From the NCBI GenBank assembly GCA_048213135.1, contig PS015135.1, forward strand, positions 56,641 to 111,611: a DNA stretch of 54,971 bases, in the 5' to 3' direction. Within the stretch, counting starts at the first letter, position 1, and each line of letters starts with the position of its first letter. Below the pieces are notes generated by a model. The model saw only the letters and a program-made list of their open reading frames with translations, searched no databases and was not told the DNA's origin. Source of the stretch: Reclinomonas americana ATCC 50394 (taxonomy: Eukaryota). Positions 50,101-54,971 of this stretch are shown one piece after another. A program made the translations under genes and the position numbers.

Positions 50101-53100
50101 NNNNNNNNNNNNNNNNNNNNNNNNNNNNNNNNNNNNNNNNNNNNNNNNNNNNNNNNNNNNNNNNNNNNNNNNNNNNNNNNNNNNNNNNNNNNNNNNNNNN
50201 NNNNNNNNNNNNNNNNNNNNNNNNNNNNNNNNNNNCAGTGCCACCGCCGAGACCATCGACCAGTAGTGGAGCGCCCGTGGCAAACGCAGCCACCGCACCG
50301 GAGAGATACATGTTTGGAGGTGGCTGTGGCTTTTGCGGCGGTGATTTGGGCGGCCGCTGGTACAAATGGGACGACGTGGTCTCTCGTCCACCAGTGCCAC
50401 CATCGCCGCCGCCGCCGCCACCACCACCACCACCACCGGCGGCAGCGGCGGCGGCGATTCCGCGTGAGCGCGCCGCCTCGACTGCCTGTTTGGCCTCGGC
50501 TGTGGCTGCTGCGGCAGCGGACATGGCTGCTGCCGCGGCAGCAGTGGCCTCGGCGGCAGCCAGACGTGCGGCCTCGGTTGTGGTGCTGGCAGCCGCCAGC
50601 TGCTGTCGAAGCGAGTCCACCTCCTCCGACAACTGACCAAAGAGAGAAAGAGAGTGAGGGAGTGAGCAAAGGAGATGAGGAGACGTACACGACACACCTG
50701 CTTGGCTCGTCCCCGCTCACGCTCCGCGTCGTTCTCCAGCGTCAGCACCACACTCTTCAACTGCTCGGCGGTCTTCATGTAGCGCGCCTCCATGCCACTG
50801 GTGTCGGCCGAGTGCTGCCGGAACGAATCCTGGGTGGGCAGCATGCGCAACGCAGAGGCGACCTCGCCATCTGAATCCATCGAGGCCGACGGCGGCGACT
50901 GGGTGCGCTGACGCCGTTGTTGCTGCTGCTGTGCACCAAACGATGCAGTGCTCGCACCATCGGGCGTGGAAGCGCCACGACCGACCGCACGCAGAGCCAT
51001 CTCCATGGACTGCAGACGATCCTCAAAGAACCTCTCCATTTCGTCCATGGCGCGACTGTGCAACGCCTGCAGGTTGTGCAGCGCCTGCGAGCCAACCACC
51101 GCCGCCGACATGTTCGACTTGTCCGCACTGTCCAGCTCCAACGAGCGACCGTCCACCACCGACGAGACCGACGACGGCGTTGTGCCCGAGTGCTCCACCA
51201 CCGACGATGGCGAGCCTTCATCGCTGCTGCCACCACCACCACCTCGGCTGCCAGTGCTGCTGTGCGAAGGAACATGGACATGCAAGCCGGCTGCAGCGGC
51301 CGCCGCCTTCTTACCACGTTGCTTCTTGCGCGGTCGGGCACCTGAAGCGAGCGACTGCACGTGCACATCGTCGTCGTCGTCATCACCGTCATCGCCCACA
51401 GCGTGATCGCCATCATGTTCTCCTCTTCCACTCGCGTCGGCAAGACTGTCGGTCGACGAGACGCGCACCAGTGTAGCCACAGCGGCCTCGGCTACGTGTG
51501 ACGACTCGGGCTTTTCGACAGGTGGCGGCGGTGGTGTCGTCTTGCTGGCGACTGGTGGTTTGCTCGGAGGCTGTCGAGTTGCGGCTGCTGGCTTCTCTGC
51601 TTCTGCCTCCGCCTTGCTGGCCTCCACAGTGTCACTCTGCCCACCATCGCTGGGTGCAGTGGCGCCACCGACGAGATCAGTGGCGGCGGGACTGCGTTGG
51701 CGGGACGGGCGACGGCCGCCCGACTTGCCGGACCGGCCACCACCGCCGCCGCTTGCCGCCGTCGCTGCTGCTGCTGCTGCTGCCGCTGCCTTGGCTTCTG
51801 CTAGTTGCCGCTGTAGGCTCTCCACCTCGCTCTCCAGCGTGCTCACACGGCGCTGAAGTTGCACCTTTTCTTCCTTCTCCCCTCGGTTTTCGGTGCTGGC
51901 ACGCAACGGAATCGCGGCCACAATCGTTGTCTCGCCACCCTCGTCGCTCTGCTCATCGTCGCCAGACTCGCCGGCCGAAACTGTGGATGACGTCGGCGAC
52001 ACTGCGCATAGAGAGATGAGAAAACACGAGATCGAGCACAGAACCGGACATTGTGACAACAGAACTTGACATGCGTGAGTCGCTTCTCCGATGGCCGTGG
52101 CCGCGACGAGCCGAGTCGACGTCGCTGTGGGAGCCGTCCAACTCACTGCCTTGGCCTTTGCGAGTGCGGCCGATGATTCGCTTCACCGCAGCTGACTCGT
52201 CGCCGTCGCGCAAGTACGAGTCACGTGTTTGGATTGATCTGGTTTTGCTCGGTTCTCAGCAAGTGATTTCACAGCTGCAGAACGAGGCAACCACCGCACC
52301 TCTCGTAGTAGTTGACAATCTCGGTCTGTGAGTTGCCGTCGGCGGACGAAACTGCGCGCAAACATCAAAAAATGGTTGAGAAGGAGTCATGCCACCCACA
52401 CACCCTCTCCCCAAGAACGCACAGGTGGCCTGCACTTCAGCAGCACAGAGTAGTGGACGCGGTAGCATAGAGCGCTTGATTACGGGCAGCATTCTGAACA
52501 GCTGGATGTTGATGTCTTCCAGGATCAGCGAGGCGTCGAAGCGGCCGTCGGACTGCCAACAAAGAAACGACAAGAGTGTGAGTTGAATTGAAGGAGTCAT
52601 GCACTCGCCCCAGCACCACGCAACAGCCACCACGAATCCCTGGCGTGTGAAGCGTTCCATGCTGGCGGTGGATCCCGGCGCAAAGTGTTCACGCAGCTCC
52701 AGCAGCGCCGATTCCACGTCCTGTGCACCGACAACCAGCGAGATCAGGAATCAACATTCTCGACTAGTGATACTCACAGGACGAAACGTAGATCATGCCG
52801 ACAGTCTCCACCAGCACAGGCTTGAGCTCCGTGTAATCCACTAGCCGACGACGGCGTTGGCGTCCACCAGCTCGACGAGTCCGCGAGGCAATCTGTCTAT
52901 CGATTGTCTCCTGATCTTCCTCATCCTCCGAATCGGTGGACAACTGGCCCAAATCGTCCTCACCACCTGCTGTTGGGCTGCTCATAAAGTCCAGGTGGCC
53001 CTCGAACATCTGCAGTCGATGCCGCAGCTCGTAGATCTGTGCATCGCGCTTCTCAATCTCCTCTCGTTGCGTGCCGATTTCGGTATCTGGCGCGACGAGA

Positions 53101-54897
53101 GCGTGAGCAGCGAGTGTGCGATGACAGAAACGGAAAAAACACACACGCAACGAAGTTTCGCCATCTCCTCGTGGAACTGATCCCAGTCGGTCTTCAGCTT
53201 GCCTGCCAGCTCCTCAATCCTGTCGTGCAGCTGCTTGTTGTTCCGCAGCAGTACCCTGCACGCGACAAGTCAGGCATCTCGAACACTCCAATCCGTTCTC
53301 ATGCTTCGCTGCTTCCACCAACCAGTGACGAGCGTTTTCACCCTGCAGCCTCTCCTCCAGCTGCTTGATGGTGTCCTCCAGCGCTCCAGTCTTCTGCAGC
53401 TGCTCCTGCAACGCCTGCTCACGCCTCCGTACCTCGATGGTGAACACCTGTCGCAGCTGCTCGAACGCGGTGGTCACACGCGTCCACATGCTCAACAAAT
53501 TGCGGCGGCAGATATCCAACAGCACGCCACGCTCCATCATGTGCGTGCCCACCTGTATTGCCATGCATCAGACGCAGCCTCGACACTTCGACACTGTGCG
53601 CGAGAATTGCAGTCGTTCACGCACCTGTCGCACGAGCTCCACCATGACCGTATTCCACACACTCAGTTCTCGCCGCAGGAAGCGATCAAACGTGTCGCTT
53701 GCGTGCTCCTCGCTGTCGCTCGAGTCCACCAGCCCGTGGTGCGCACCGTCGAGCCGGCTCACAGAGCGCTGCTGCTCAGACAGCATCTCATCGAGGGTGC
53801 GGGCCAGCAGCAACACTTCGACACGCCCCGTCGGCTGTTCCGACGGGAAAATGCGTTTCTTCCACAGCTTCATGTGCTCGTCGAACACGGACTGCACCAG
53901 TGTGAGATCGTGAGGGAAGGAGGGCGCACAGAGAGAGATAGAGGCATCTCGCGCTCACCGCCTTGTCGCCGGAGCCGTGCACACCCTGCGAGAGTGGCGC
54001 CGTCGAGTACACGTGAAACTCGACGGGAATCACCGAGTCCGGCATGTGGACGTGGCTGGCGGTGATCTCGCGCATGGTGCGCGACTCGTAGTTACTGCCA
54101 AAGAACTGCGTCAACACGTCCCGGTAGTTGATGAACTCGGAGTCGGGTCGCACGGTCGGTTGCTGCGCGACGAGTGAGTTGTTGGAGAGGTCAGCAGTCG
54201 AGCAAGCGCGCGCAACTCCCGTGTCCAGCAAGTGCGACACATCGCTCAGTGCCGACTCCAGGCGCACCAGATCGGCATCGGACATGTACGACGTCAGCGC
54301 TTCCCTGGCCACTGCGGCGGGATTGGGAGGCGGCAAGGTGAACTGCAACACGGATGGTGGTGGAGTGGAGGGCGGTGTGGGACGTGCGGAGGGAGCGAGT
54401 GGCGTGGTGCTGGCCGCCACTGGGTCCGCAGAACGCGGTCGATGTGCCGATGACACGCGACTGTTGCCCGTCGATGACGAGGACAACAGCTGCTGCGGCG
54501 CCGATGAGGAGTCCGACATCTCGCGTGGTGTCCGTTTCAGCGGCGGCAGCACGTCTCCACCACTGCCGGGCGTGACGACAACACTCCCACGGGACGCCAG
54601 CGACAGGCGTGTCACCGCCGCCGCCGCCGCCGCACCTCCATTGTTGGCAGAGGTGGCGGAAGTCGGTCGTGACAAGCGCACCGCTCGCACCGCACTGCCG
54701 CGGGCACTCTGCACCATCGGCGACGCGCTGCTGGCATCGTCACGCACCGCGCCACCGTTGTCCCCCGTCCCCTCTACAAGACGCATCACTTCTGCGCGTG
54801 CACTGGCCGCGGCAATCGCCTCCAGTGCGCCCGCCTCCTCGCCCTCCTCCGCGACCTCATCATCATCGTCGGCGGACTCTAGCAAACTCGAAAAGAA
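47172..54897 (-). CDS. Very large, probably flagellar protein: axonemal dynein light chain (p28/AXDND1-like) domain, coiled coils, low-complexity region and TSNAXIP1-like C-terminus; 5'-truncated and gapped
   Basis: PTGRVEVLLLARTLDEML..VWNTVMVELVRQVGTHMMERGVLLDICR; KKWLLRFVKETYHFKMYHD..MGEFM..RYG..DLRVETFARLL. It could be two genes because of the gaps. Confidence 0.65.
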
Positions 54898-54971
54898 CTG
54901 TCGATGTGAGGTGGCGGCACTGTGCCATTGTGCGCAAAGTGAGAGGCTAGTTACAAGAATGGCGAGAGACA

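Overview
Gene-dense, GC-rich draft scaffold from a eukaryote, probably a flagellated protist. It has many N-gaps flanked by microsatellites and short (mostly 55-80 nt) spliceosomal introns with CTCAC/CTGAC-like branch points. About 17 genes could be traced by hand in the standard genetic code. Recognisable genes: RING-H2 ligase, NBR1-like autophagy receptor, FZR1/Cdh1, two WD40 proteins, HSPA12-like Hsp70, isoaspartyl peptidase/asparaginase, adenylosuccinate lyase, glycyl-tRNA synthetase, ZIP transporter, NAA30 and a two-CNB-domain protein. There are also an axonemal dynein light chain-domain protein and a coiled-coil/TerD-like/Dilute-like protein. The strongest unusual signal is in splicing: 21 traced introns (roughly one in five) start with GTTGCG and never have G at exon position -1. 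This looks like the local G|GTGCG donor cut one base upstream, that is, a major class of shifted-register 5' splice sites. Also notable: GC-AG introns, a mitochondrial-type presequence on ADSL, very short head-to-head spacers, and two contigs that are probably inverted. All family calls come from remembered motifs; no searches were run.
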